DNA of 41,070 nt from an uncultured delta proteobacterium (GCA_903930515.1 CAIYYW010000091.1:1-41070), one strand, 5' to 3'; counted from the first letter of the stretch, positions 30,189-39,592 are shown. Translations and numbers: made by a program. Notes: a model not told the origin generated them from the sequence alone.

Positions 30189-31139
30189 ATGAAGAATTTT
30201 TTGAGCTTGTTTGCAGCGGCGGTTTTCAGTCTGGCCCTGGCCGCCTGCGTGAACCTGAAAAAGGTTGACCGGGGATGGGACAGCCCGCCCTATTTTGCTT
30301 TGGAGCGTCATGCCGAGATTGAGGGCATCAACCTCACTTACCTGGAATGCGGGAACGACAATCCGGAAAATATCGTTTTCATCCACGGCCTTTCCGGGAA
30401 TGTGATGAACTGGTGGGACCAGTTTGAGGATTTCCGAGATGATTACCATATCCTGATCCCGGATTTGCCCGGACACGGAAAATCCGGCAAGCCTGAAAAT
30501 TTCAACTACTCGGTGGAGAGCTTTGCCGGGATCATCGTCGCTCTGATGGACCAGGCGGGAATGGATCAAGCCGCCATCGTCGGCAACTCCCTGGGAGGAG
30601 CCATTGCCGGATACCTCGCCATCCATTACCCGGACCGGGTGAACAAGCTGGTCCTGAGCGATTCCGCCGGGGTCAAAATCAGCTCAACCCTTAAGGCCGT
30701 CACCCCTTTCGCCACCCCCATCACCATCCGATGGTCCGGCGTCACCAGCCAACGCCAGTATCCCGGAACCGACCAGAAAAACCGGGTCCGCGCCGATTTC
30801 TCCGCATCCTACCGCGACACCACCGAGGAGATCCCTTACCTCAAGGCCATAGACAAATCCCTGAACCAGATCGCCCGGTTTGACTTCAGCCAAGACCTGC
30901 CCCAAATCAAGGCCCCCACCCTGATCATCTGGGGAAGCAATGACAAGACCGTCCCCTTCAAAGTCCACCAGGTGTTCGTGGATAAAATCCCCGATACTAA
31001 ATTGTATGTCGTGGGCCAGGGAGGGCATACCCCCAATATGAGCAAGCCCGCGGAATTTGATTGCGCCCTGGAAAATTTCCTCGCCGGCAAGGACCTGGAA
31101 CCCTGCCATCAAATCATTGCCGAGGCGCAACCCAAATGA
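30189..31139 (+). CDS. Alpha/beta hydrolase, probable lipoprotein
   Basis: Lipobox LAAC, FIHGL, DLPGHG, GNSLG, WGSND and GGH. Confidence 0.88.
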   Translation: MKNFLSLFAAAVFSLALAACVNLKKVDRGWDSPPYFALERHAEIEGINLTYLECGNDNPENIVFIHGLSGNVMNWWDQFEDFRDDYHILIPDLPGHGKSGKPENFNYSVESFAGIIVALMDQAGMDQAAIVGNSLGGAIAGYLAIHYPDRVNKLVLSDSAGVKISSTLKAVTPFATPITIRWSGVTSQRQYPGTDQKNRVRADFSASYRDTTEEIPYLKAIDKSLNQIARFDFSQDLPQIKAPTLIIWGSNDKTVPFKVHQVFVDKIPDTKLYVVGQGGHTPNMSKPAEFDCALENFLAGKDLEPCHQIIAEAQPK

Positions 31140-32050
31140 AAAATTATTCCCGATCAAAACTCCTGGCCCTGACCTTGGCCGCGGCCGCCCTATTCCTGAT
31201 CCAGGCCCGGCCCCGGTTCAACCCGCCTCCCTACTTCGCGCCGGAAAAAAATATCACGATCCAGGGCGTCAACCTGGTTTATCTTGATCAAGGAAAAGGC
31301 ACGCCTTTGCTTTTGATTCACGGCTATTGCGGAAACGCCTATAACTGGAGCCAGGTCTTTGAGACTTTGAGCCGGGATTTCCGCGTGATCGTCCCCGACC
31401 TGCCCGGATATGGCAAAAGCGGATGTCCGGAAAAAAAGGTTAAGGCTACGATGATCTGGTATGCGGATTTTCTATCTGAGTTCCTGGACCAAATTGGGGT
31501 GGAAAAAGCAGTGGTGGTGGGAAATTCTATGGGCGGCTCTATTGCGGCCTGGATCGCCATCCGGCATCCGGAAAAAGTCTCCAAGCTGGTCCTGGAAGAC
31601 TCTGCCGGATTAAAGGGAAGCCGGATGGACCTGCTGAAAAATATCGCCGCGATCACGGCAGAGCCCATGCTGATTCCACTTCTCCATCTGGTCTTCCCGG
31701 TTAATGAAAAATCCCTGGCAAATGTGCCTGAAAGCGAAAGAAAAAGAGTGGGGTTGGCCGAGCTTAGATATGCCTCAGACCTGCGCGCTTGCTCAAGCCG
31801 GGCGATGAAATGGTCCGCAGTCAGCATCGGAACCGATTACACCGAGCCTGTGCTTAATAAAATCCAAGTCCCCACCCTGATCATCTGGGGAAGCAATGAC
31901 GATTTATTGGAGGTCAAAACCGCCGAACAATTTCATCAAAAAATTACCGGGTCCCAACTCCAGATCATTGAAGGCGGAGTCCACACCCCGATGCAATGGA
32001 AACCCGATGATTTTGTCCGGGTATTGAAAAAGTTTATCGCGGACAATTAA
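31136..32050 (+). CDS. Exported or membrane-anchored alpha/beta hydrolase (paralog of the upstream gene)
   Basis: ATGA overlap start at 31136; LIHGY, DLPGYG, GNSMG, WGSND and GVH. Confidence 0.88.
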   Translation: MKNYSRSKLLALTLAAAALFLIQARPRFNPPPYFAPEKNITIQGVNLVYLDQGKGTPLLLIHGYCGNAYNWSQVFETLSRDFRVIVPDLPGYGKSGCPEKKVKATMIWYADFLSEFLDQIGVEKAVVVGNSMGGSIAAWIAIRHPEKVSKLVLEDSAGLKGSRMDLLKNIAAITAEPMLIPLLHLVFPVNEKSLANVPESERKRVGLAELRYASDLRACSSRAMKWSAVSIGTDYTEPVLNKIQVPTLIIWGSNDDLLEVKTAEQFHQKITGSQLQIIEGGVHTPMQWKPDDFVRVLKKFIADN

Positions 32051-33062
32051 TTCTTTCGCGCATCAATCCCTCAAAACCTTTCAAGCTGATCTTGCCCTTC
32101 AGCATCTCAATCAGCGAAAGCAATATCTTGCGGCTCGGTTGAGCGAGATCCTTTTTTATTACCTCCACCAGCGGGGAAAAATTCCAGTCCGTAACCTTGG
32201 CCTGGTCCCCCAGGCTCTTGACCAACTCCAGCAAAACCTTCAATTCCGCCCGGGCATCCTTATCCTTCCCCTCCAGAAAATATCCGGACACGACCAGATA
32301 CCGGGCGATGATCTTAAACTCCGAATCCTTCGCCGGAGGGAGCGCACTTTTCGCCGCGCTGATCCCCTTGTCCCATTTCCCCGAAACCAGGTATCGCTCG
32401 GAGAGATTGACCAAGGCCAAAATATGCTCCGGGTCCGCTTGCAAAACCCGCTCAAATAATACCTCCGCTTCCGCGAACCTGCCCAACTCGGCCAGGGCGA
32501 ACCCCTGGTAACAGATCAAATCAAGGTTCCCCGGGTCCAACCGGATCGCCTGGTCGTAAGCCAGAAGCGCCTCCTTATTTTTCCCCCTCCGAGACAGCGC
32601 GAACGCCTTATAATACCAGGCGTCGGGGTCCGAGGGGTTTAGGGCCAGCGCCTGATCCAGCGCCGCAATCGCCTTCTGGTATTCCTGAATTTCCACCAAA
32701 GCGTACCCGAGCAGATACCACAGGTTGAAATCATCCTTTTTCAGACGGAGCGACCGCTTCAAACTGCCGATCGCTTCCCGGTGCCGGCCCAGCTTGCTCA
32801 GCAACAATCCCTTGCTATACCAGGCCTGGCCATCATCCCCGTTCAACTCTAGCGCCCGATCCAAACTTGAAAGCGCGTCCTCATCCAGCCCCAGCGCCGC
32901 CTGGCAATTCCCCTTTAACAGCCACGAGTAATAATGATCCTTCTCAATCGCCAGCGTAAAATTCAAAGAGCGGAGCGCCTTCTCGTAATCCCCGGCGCCC
33001 AGGTAGTCCAGCGCCTTATCATACCAGAGCGCAAAATTGTTCTTCCGTGCCTTCGCCTTCAT
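32034..33062 (-). CDS. Tetratricopeptide repeat protein
   Basis: About 7 tandem 34-aa repeats (W..KG..L..LG...EA.....AL). Confidence 0.9.
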   Translation of the reverse strand: MKAKARKNNFALWYDKALDYLGAGDYEKALRSLNFTLAIEKDHYYSWLLKGNCQAALGLDEDALSSLDRALELNGDDGQAWYSKGLLLSKLGRHREAIGSLKRSLRLKKDDFNLWYLLGYALVEIQEYQKAIAALDQALALNPSDPDAWYYKAFALSRRGKNKEALLAYDQAIRLDPGNLDLICYQGFALAELGRFAEAEVLFERVLQADPEHILALVNLSERYLVSGKWDKGISAAKSALPPAKDSEFKIIARYLVVSGYFLEGKDKDARAELKVLLELVKSLGDQAKVTDWNFSPLVEVIKKDLAQPSRKILLSLIEMLKGKISLKGFEGLMRERINCPR

Positions 33063-33070
33063 CGGCCTCT

Positions 33071-33132
33071 ATTATCTTTCCCGACTCATCCTTGTCAAGC
33101 TTATTTGCCCGCTCGGATAAAGCTGATAAAAT
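33071..33132. promoter_or_regulatory. Back-to-back divergent promoters
   Basis: Minus strand: TTGACA-16-GATAAT (33098-33071). Plus strand: TTGCCC-16-TAAAAT (33105-33132). Confidence 0.5.
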
Positions 33133-33178
33133 TGAAAAAATATGCCCGTTAAAATCTTGCCCAAAACCGGAGGATGAG

Positions 33179-34516
33179 ATGCTGAAAAAAAATTGCCGGA
33201 AAAAAATCCTGACGCTTTGCTTCCTGACTTTTTTCCTCTCCCTGAACGGCTGCTGGTGGGCGAGCTATCTCCCCGGCCAGAAATATCTTCCCCTGGACCC
33301 CGGCCTCGGAGTCAGGCATACCCCGGTCTATCATCAAGATGGCTGGATCATCGCCCGCGCCTCCCTGCATAACCACACCATCATCAGCGACGGCACCAGC
33401 CGGCCGGAAGACCTGATTGAACTCGCCCGCCGGGAAGGCATCGCCATCCTGGCCGTCACCGACCACCGCGAAGGCCGGATCAAGCTGAGCAACGGCATCA
33501 AGATTCCGGTCAACGGCATTGAAAAAATCGGCTACCAAAAATATTTTGACACCCTGCTCCCGCTCAAAGAAGCGAATCAGGACCTGATCATCCTGATCGG
33601 CGCGGAAGTCAATCCCTACCTTTACAACATCGGCCGGTTCCCCAGCTTCGTGATCCTAAACCAGGACAGCCACTTCGTGGTATATAACATCAAGGACCCG
33701 GAGGTCTTTGAGAAAATGCCTGCCTGGCGCGAAGTATCCACCAAGCCGATCGGCTATCCCGGCCGCGCTCCATACCAGGACTGGGTCAATTACATCGTCG
33801 ACCATAACGGCCTGGTGTTCGTGGCCCATCCCGCCTCGGACCAGAATGTCTGGGTGCTCACCATCAGGTTTTACGCCGAACCCCCAGTCCAGAATCTGCG
33901 CCTGAAAAATATCTCCGGGTTTTCCAGCCTGACCGAATCCTACGGACCGGAAGTCGCCGGACCCGGCGGCGCCTGGGATTCCGTCCTGTCCGAATATCTA
34001 TCCGGGATGCGAGATCGCCCGATCTGGACCGTGGGAGATTGCGACTACCACGGCGGGAACGGAACCCTGACCGGTTGCGGAAACACCCTTTTTTACCTGC
34101 GCCGGTTCAGCGAAGATGATGTGTATCTTGCAATGCGGGAAGGCAGAATGGTTTCTTTTGCCGGGGAAATGTTCCAGAATTCATACATCGCGGAATTCTC
34201 GGTCAGCGATGGCAAAGCGCCCCAAGACCTGATTATGCTCGGAAAAGAAATCAGGGTCGCAGACCCTCCGGTCATTCGTTTCAGACTTGATCACAATATA
34301 CCCGGCGTCAAAACCATCCTGATCCGGAACGGCAAAGTGATCCGCGAAACCGAAGGATCAGCCCTGGAATTCATTGACCGGGAAATGTTTGAAAAGAAAA
34401 TGCCGGCCTATTACCGCGTCCAGGTCCTCGGCCCTCCCACCATTGAAACCACCAAATCCGGCCCGAGCCAGCGAGTCAACATCATCTTCACCAATCCGAT
34501 CTTTGTTCGTTTATAA
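33179..34516 (+). CDS. PHP-domain metallohydrolase, probable lipoprotein
   Basis: Lipobox LNGC; PHP ligands HNHT..SDG, VTDH, GAEV, AHP and DCDYH; C-terminal FTNPIF. SD GGAGG precedes ATG 33179. Confidence 0.8.
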   Translation: MLKKNCRKKILTLCFLTFFLSLNGCWWASYLPGQKYLPLDPGLGVRHTPVYHQDGWIIARASLHNHTIISDGTSRPEDLIELARREGIAILAVTDHREGRIKLSNGIKIPVNGIEKIGYQKYFDTLLPLKEANQDLIILIGAEVNPYLYNIGRFPSFVILNQDSHFVVYNIKDPEVFEKMPAWREVSTKPIGYPGRAPYQDWVNYIVDHNGLVFVAHPASDQNVWVLTIRFYAEPPVQNLRLKNISGFSSLTESYGPEVAGPGGAWDSVLSEYLSGMRDRPIWTVGDCDYHGGNGTLTGCGNTLFYLRRFSEDDVYLAMREGRMVSFAGEMFQNSYIAEFSVSDGKAPQDLIMLGKEIRVADPPVIRFRLDHNIPGVKTILIRNGKVIRETEGSALEFIDREMFEKKMPAYYRVQVLGPPTIETTKSGPSQRVNIIFTNPIFVRL

Positions 34517-34533
34517 ATTATGGGCGAGCGACG

Positions 34534-34617
34534 GTATGGGGCAGACCCTTGTGTCTGCCCCAAAAATCGGGTGCAGGGTTACGACCCTGCCGAGCGGCTT
34601 CAGTCGCGACAACCCGA
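34534..34617. repeat. Composite REP-like / structured intergenic element
   Basis: A perfect 10-bp hairpin TGGGGCAGAC-N6-GTCTGCCCCA preceded by GTA. It is followed by TCGGGT/ACCCGA enclosing two hairpins, GCAGGGT-TACG-ACCCTGC and GCGGC-TTCA-GTCGC. Confidence 0.6.
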
Positions 34618-34681
34618 AACCCTTATGCTGGATACCAACGGCAAATTTGTCGTAGAATTGCGCCTGACCCGGCATAAGGCG

Positions 34682-34710
34682 TTGACAACCGTTCCGGCAT
34701 TGATTAAAAT
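34682..34710 (+). promoter_or_regulatory. Sigma70-type promoter of the acyl-CoA operon
   Basis: TTGACA-17 bp-TAAAAT, with SD AGGAGG downstream. Confidence 0.65.
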
Positions 34711-34745
34711 TCCAACTCCCCGAAAAAAATCCAGGAGGTAGTAAA

Positions 34746-35921
34746 ATGACCGAGTCAGTAATTGTTTCCGCGGCAAGGACCCCGGTGGGATCCTTTCAAG
34801 GAGCGCTGGCATCCCTTGCCGCTCCCAAACTGGGCGCGATCGCGATCAAGGCCGCTCTGGAGCGCGCGGGCGTGAAGCCGGAAATGGTCAATGAGGTGCT
34901 GATGGGTTGCGCGCTTACCGGAGGAATGGGACAGGCCCCGGCGCGGCAAGCCGCGATCTTTGCCGGCCTGCCCTGGAGCGTGGGCGCGACCACCATCGGC
35001 AAGGTATGCGGCTCCGGAATGAAAGCCGTGATGTTCGCGGACGCCCTGATCCGCGCGGGGGACGCCGAGATCATTGTCGCGGGCGGAATGGAGAGTATGA
35101 GCAACACCCCCTATTGCCTCCCCGGGGCCCGCCAGGGATACCGGATGGGCGACCAGAAAGTGGTGGATATGATGATCTTTGACGGACTCTGGGATGTCTA
35201 TAAAAACTGCCATATGGGCGCCTGCGCCGACCTGCTCGGAACCGAGGGAAAAATCTCCCGCCAGGAACAAGACGAGTTCGCCCTCCGCTCTTACCAGCGC
35301 GCGCTCCAGGCCGCGGCGGACGGAAAATTCAAGGACGAGATTGTGCCGGTGGAGATTGAAGATAAAAAAGGCAAGATCGTGGTGGCCGAGGATGAGGAGC
35401 CGAAGAAGCTGAAAGAGGAAAAAGTGCCGACCCTGAAACCGGCCTTTACCAAGGACGGCACCGTCACCGCCGCCAATGCCTCCAGCCTGAACGACGGCGC
35501 CGCGGCAATGGTGGTGATGAGCGACAAGAAGGCCAAGGAACTCGGGCTTAAGCCCCTGGCCAGGATCGTCGGGCACGGCCAAGCCGCGCGCGAATCTCAT
35601 TGGTTCACGCTCGCGCCGGTGGACGCGATGAAAAAGGTGATCAATAAAACCGGGTACGGAATTGACCGGCTGGACCTGTTTGAAATCAACGAGGCCTTCA
35701 GCGTGCAGGTGATCGCGGCCATCCGCGAGTTCAAGCTCAATCCCGAAAAGGTCAATGTTAATGGCGGCTCGGTCGCGATCGGCCACCCGATTGGATGCTC
35801 CGGCGCCCGCATCCTCACCACCCTGCTCTACGCGATGAAAAACCGCAAGGCCAAGACCGGATTGGCAACCCTCTGCATCGGAGGAGGGGAAGCGGCCGCG
35901 ATGATTGTGGAAGCCCTATAA
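34746..35921 (+). CDS. atoB: Acetyl-CoA C-acetyltransferase (thiolase)
   Basis: KVCGSG (catalytic Cys), [22 protein letters not shown] and LCIGGG. Confidence 0.95.
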   Translation: MTESVIVSAARTPVGSFQGALASLAAPKLGAIAIKAALERAGVKPEMVNEVLMGCALTGGMGQAPARQAAIFAGLPWSVGATTIGKVCGSGMKAVMFADALIRAGDAEIIVAGGMESMSNTPYCLPGARQGYRMGDQKVVDMMIFDGLWDVYKNCHMGACADLLGTEGKISRQEQDEFALRSYQRALQAAADGKFKDEIVPVEIEDKKGKIVVAEDEEPKKLKEEKVPTLKPAFTKDGTVTAANASSLNDGAAAMVVMSDKKAKELGLKPLARIVGHGQAARESHWFTLAPVDAMKKVINKTGYGIDRLDLFEINEAFSVQVIAAIREFKLNPEKVNVNGGSVAIGHPIGCSGARILTTLLYAMKNRKAKTGLATLCIGGGEAAAMIVEAL

Positions 35922-35938
35922 TTTAAGGAGGCTGAGAA

Positions 35939-36721
35939 ATGCCAGATGAAATAGTCCTGTTCCGCGTTGAAGAGGGGATCGGCACGATCACCATCAACCG
36001 TCCCAAGGCGCTCAACGCGCTCAATGTTGAAGTATTGAAGGCGCTGGGAAAGATTCTGGACCAGGCCCGGAAAGATGATTCCGCCAAAGTCCTGATCATC
36101 ACCGGCTCGGGAGAGAAGGCCTTTGTCGCGGGCGCGGACATCTCGGAGATGAGCCGGATGACCCCGATTCAAGCCAAAGAATTTTCACGACTTGGCCAGG
36201 GAGTTTTTCGCGGCATAGAAGAATTGCCTAAGCCCGTGATCGCCGCGGTCAACGGCTTTGCCCTCGGGGGCGGATGCGAGTTGGCGATCTCGTGCGATTA
36301 CATTCTCGCGAGCGATCAGGCGATGTTCGGACAGCCCGAGGTCAACCTGGGAATTTTTCCCGGGTTCGGCGGCACCCAACGGCTGGTGAAACATTTGGGA
36401 AAGTTGCGCGCCAAGGAGCTGGTATTTTTCGGAAACCGGATTCCGGCCAAACGCGCGCTGGAGCTTGGGCTGGCGAACGAGGTGGTTGAGCCGGGGAAAC
36501 TGATGGACCGGGCAAGAGAGCTGGCGAAGAAGCTGATGGAAAAAGGACTGGTCGCGATCGGGCTGTGCAAACAGGCGATTGAGCGCGGGTCGGATTCAGC
36601 GCTGGACCAGGGGTTGCTGCTGGAGCAGACTTTATGGAGCCTGGGATTTGACACTGCGGACCAGAAGGAAGGGATGGCCGCGTTTCTGGAAAAACGGAAA
36701 CCGGATTTCCAAGGGAAATAG
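35939..36721 (+). CDS. crt: Enoyl-CoA hydratase (crotonase)
   Basis: NRPKALNAL, AFVAGADI, ALGGGCE and QPEVNLGIFPGFGGTQRL. Confidence 0.93.
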   Translation: MPDEIVLFRVEEGIGTITINRPKALNALNVEVLKALGKILDQARKDDSAKVLIITGSGEKAFVAGADISEMSRMTPIQAKEFSRLGQGVFRGIEELPKPVIAAVNGFALGGGCELAISCDYILASDQAMFGQPEVNLGIFPGFGGTQRLVKHLGKLRAKELVFFGNRIPAKRALELGLANEVVEPGKLMDRARELAKKLMEKGLVAIGLCKQAIERGSDSALDQGLLLEQTLWSLGFDTADQKEGMAAFLEKRKPDFQGK

Positions 36722-36735
36722 GGGGAGGGACAAAA

Positions 36736-37893
36736 ATGGATTTGAAGTTGAGCGAGGAACAGAAGTTATTGCAGGATATGGTCCGGGATTTCGCGGCCAA
36801 CGAGGTCTCGCCCAAGGCCGAACATATTGACCGGACCGGCGAGTATCCCAAGGAGATCATTGCCAAGGCCTCGGAGCTGGGGCTGATGGGGGTTGAAGTC
36901 CCGACCGAATGGGACGGCGCCGGGATGGACGCGGTTTGCTACGCGATCGCGATTGAGGAGTTGAGCGTGGCCTCCGCCGCGGTGGGCGTGATCGTTTCCG
37001 CGCACAACTCGCTTTGCGTTTCCCCGATCGCCAAGTTCGGGACCGAAGCTCAAAAGGAAAAATATTTAAAACCGCTCGCGGCCGGGAAAATGCTCGGATG
37101 CCTGGGGCTGACCGAGCCGAGCGCGGGATCGGACGCGGCCGCGGTCAAGACCAAGGCCGAGCTTAAGGGCGACAAGTGGATTTTGAACGGCACCAAGCTC
37201 TTCATCACCAACGGCAAGGAAGCCGGGGTCTCGCTGGTGATCGCCCGGACCGAGCCGGACCAGACTCATCGCGGCCTGTCCGCCTTCATCGTCCCCTGCG
37301 ACGCCAAGGGTTTCTCGCTGGGCAAGCAGGAGGAAAAAATGGGCATTCACGGCTCCAGCACGATGGAGCTGATCTTTGAAGACTGCGAAATACCGGCGGA
37401 TCACCTGCTCGGCCAGCGCGGAAAAGGATTCAATGTCGCGATGTACACCCTGGACGGAGGACGGATCGGGATCGCATCCCAGGCGGTCGGGATCGCGAGA
37501 GCCGCTTTGGAGGCGTCGGTTAATTTCGCCAAGGAGCGGGTCCAGTTCGGAAAGCCGATCGCAACCTTCCAGGCCATCCAGTGGATGGTCGCGAATATGG
37601 CCACCGAGATTGACGCGGCCCGTTTGTTGGTCCACCGCGCGGCCTGGATGAAAAAGGAGGGGATGCCCTACAGCCCGGAGTCGGCGATGGCCAAGCTCTA
37701 CGCCGCGGAAGTGGCGCAGCGGGCGGTGGTTGACGCGGTCCAGATCCACGGCGGATACGGATATGTCAAGGACTATCCGGTAGAGCGCTATTACCGGGAC
37801 GCCAAGATCACTTCCATTTATGAAGGCACCAGCGAAATCCAGAGGATCGTGATCGCAAACAATATCTTCAAGGATACGCTCAAGGGGAAGTAA
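36736..37893 (+). CDS. bcd: Short-chain (butyryl-type) acyl-CoA dehydrogenase
   Basis: LTEPSAGSDA, GTKLFITNG, KMGIHGS, GGRIGIA, QIHGGYGY and IYEGTSEIQR. Confidence 0.92.
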   Translation: MDLKLSEEQKLLQDMVRDFAANEVSPKAEHIDRTGEYPKEIIAKASELGLMGVEVPTEWDGAGMDAVCYAIAIEELSVASAAVGVIVSAHNSLCVSPIAKFGTEAQKEKYLKPLAAGKMLGCLGLTEPSAGSDAAAVKTKAELKGDKWILNGTKLFITNGKEAGVSLVIARTEPDQTHRGLSAFIVPCDAKGFSLGKQEEKMGIHGSSTMELIFEDCEIPADHLLGQRGKGFNVAMYTLDGGRIGIASQAVGIARAALEASVNFAKERVQFGKPIATFQAIQWMVANMATEIDAARLLVHRAAWMKKEGMPYSPESAMAKLYAAEVAQRAVVDAVQIHGGYGYVKDYPVERYYRDAKITSIYEGTSEIQRIVIANNIFKDTLKGK

Positions 37894-37896
37894 AGG

Positions 37897-37964
37897 GGTT
37901 CACGGTCAACAATTCACGGTTCGCGAAGGGAACCATACAGCCCGCCGTTCACCGTGCACCGAGA
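37897..37964. repeat. Degenerate heptamer repeats in inverted arrangement
   Basis: GGTTCAC GGTCAAC AATTCAC GGTTCGC ... CCGTTCA CCGTGCA CCGAGAA. Confidence 0.5.
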
Positions 37965-37970
37965 AAATGC

Positions 37971-38867
37971 ATGGCTGAAGAAATCGCCAAAAACATATTT
38001 TTCATCCCGGGCCGGCGCAAGGGCGGATACCCTTTCTGCAACTCAATTTTTATTCAAGACCGGTTGAGCGCGATCATTGATCCGGCGAGCAACCGCGCGG
38101 AACTGGCCCTTCACCAGGACGCCAAACTCGCGATCCTCAGTCATTTCCACAACGACCATATCCGGGACCTGAAACTTTTCCCGGACGCCCAGATTGCGAT
38201 CCATGAAAAAGAAGCCTTGGCCCTGTCGGACCGGAACGCGGTGGTTGAGCTGATTTTTTTCCCGGAAGAGCCGCAAGCGGAAAAGGATTCCTGGATGGCG
38301 CGCAAGGCGCGCGAGATGAAAGGCGCCTGGGGATGGAAGGTGAGCCGGACCTTCCAGGACGGAGACGAGCTCAACCTGGGCGAGATCAAGTTGAAAGTGA
38401 TCCATACCCCGGGCCATACCATCGGCCACTGCTGCTTCTGGTTCCCGGACCAGGAAATCCTGTTCAGCGCGGACATAGACCTGACCGGGTTCGGGCCCTG
38501 GTACGGAAACGCCTGTTCCAGCGCCGAGGATTTCTATTGCTCGCTGGAAAAACTCAGGGCATATCAGCCAAAGCTGGTCGTCACCGGCCACGAATTGGGC
38601 TTGGTCCAGGGCGAAGATTTCCTTTCTAAACTCAACCGATACCAGGGACTCATCCTGGTCCGGGAGCAAAAAATCCTGGATTCGCTGGCCTCTCCGAAAT
38701 CGTTGGAAGAGATCGTGGACCTGGGCGTGATTTATGGAGAGTTCCTCAAACAAAGCCCGAGCCTGCGGCCGCCGGAACGGAGAATGGTGATCCATCATAT
38801 GAGATGGCTGGATAAAAAAGGCCTGGTCGGGTTTGACGCCGGGAAGTGGATTTCAATCAAACCTTAG
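37971..38867 (+). CDS. Metallo-beta-lactamase fold hydrolase with a C-terminal winged-helix-like domain
   Basis: SHFHNDH (HxHxDH), HTPGHTIGH, FSAD and TGH. Confidence 0.88.
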   Translation: MAEEIAKNIFFIPGRRKGGYPFCNSIFIQDRLSAIIDPASNRAELALHQDAKLAILSHFHNDHIRDLKLFPDAQIAIHEKEALALSDRNAVVELIFFPEEPQAEKDSWMARKAREMKGAWGWKVSRTFQDGDELNLGEIKLKVIHTPGHTIGHCCFWFPDQEILFSADIDLTGFGPWYGNACSSAEDFYCSLEKLRAYQPKLVVTGHELGLVQGEDFLSKLNRYQGLILVREQKILDSLASPKSLEEIVDLGVIYGEFLKQSPSLRPPERRMVIHHMRWLDKKGLVGFDAGKWISIKP

Positions 38868-38920
38868 CGCTCAAGCGCTTTGGCACGCTCCGTCGCCGGG
38901 GATATAACTGCCGCGGCCAA

Positions 38921-39592
38921 TTATCCGCGCAAGCCCTTGATCGCCTTTTTGTAATCCTTGGACTTGAACACCGAATTCCCCGCCACCAGGATTTCGGCCC
39001 CGGCCTGGATCAAAAGTTTTGCGGTTTGCGGGTTCACTCCGCCGTCAACCTCAATCAAGACCTGGAAATGCGACCCGTCAATCAGTTGCCGGGCCAGGGA
39101 GATTTTTCCCAGAGATCCTTCAATGAATTTTTGCGCGCCGAATCCAGGGTTCACGCTCATAATCAAGAGCAGGTCAAGGTCCGTTAAGATTTCGGTCAGG
39201 GTGGTCAGGCTGGTCGCGGGATTCAAACTCACCCCCGCCAGGATGTTCCTCCCCAGCTTCTCCCCGGCCTGCTTGATCTGCTGAATCGTCCGGTGCAGAT
39301 GCACGCAGGCCTCCTGGTGAACCGTGATCATGTCCGCGCCCGCTCTCGCGAAATCGTCAATATAAAGATCGGGCTTTTCAATCATCAGATGCACATCCAG
39401 CGGCAGCTTGCACGAGCGCCGGCAGGCCTCCACGATCAAAGGCCCGTAGGTGATGTTCGGAACAAAATGACCGTCCATCACATCAATGTGGATCAAGTCC
39501 CCGCCGGCCTTTTCCGCGGCCTTCACCTCTTCCCCCAGGCGGGTGAAATCCGCAGACAGGATTGAGGGCGCTATTCTGATTTTTCTCCTCAT
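38921..39592 (-). CDS. rpe: Ribulose-phosphate 3-epimerase
   Basis: IAPSILSADF, HIDVMDGHFVPN, DVHLM, MSVNPGFG and EVDGG. Confidence 0.97.
   Translation of the reverse strand: MRRKIRIAPSILSADFTRLGEEVKAAEKAGGDLIHIDVMDGHFVPNITYGPLIVEACRRSCKLPLDVHLMIEKPDLYIDDFARAGADMITVHQEACVHLHRTIQQIKQAGEKLGRNILAGVSLNPATSLTTLTEILTDLDLLLIMSVNPGFGAQKFIEGSLGKISLARQLIDGSHFQVLIEVDGGVNPQTAKLLIQAGAEILVAGNSVFKSKDYKKAIKGLRG

Noticed and set aside
33047-33178. N-terminal extensions in the ORF track (also 1009, 1910, 31061)
   Set aside because: They overlap promoters or neighbouring genes. Downstream ATGs give proper signal peptides and SD or coupling.
34567-34617. Hammerhead or other known ribozyme in the three-way junction
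   Set aside because: The conserved CUGANGA and GAAA core is not correctly placed on either strand.
34520-34812. Small ORFs 34520-34741 (+) and 34600-34812 (-)
   Set aside because: They run through palindromic repeats and a clear promoter, and have no SD or protein-like features.
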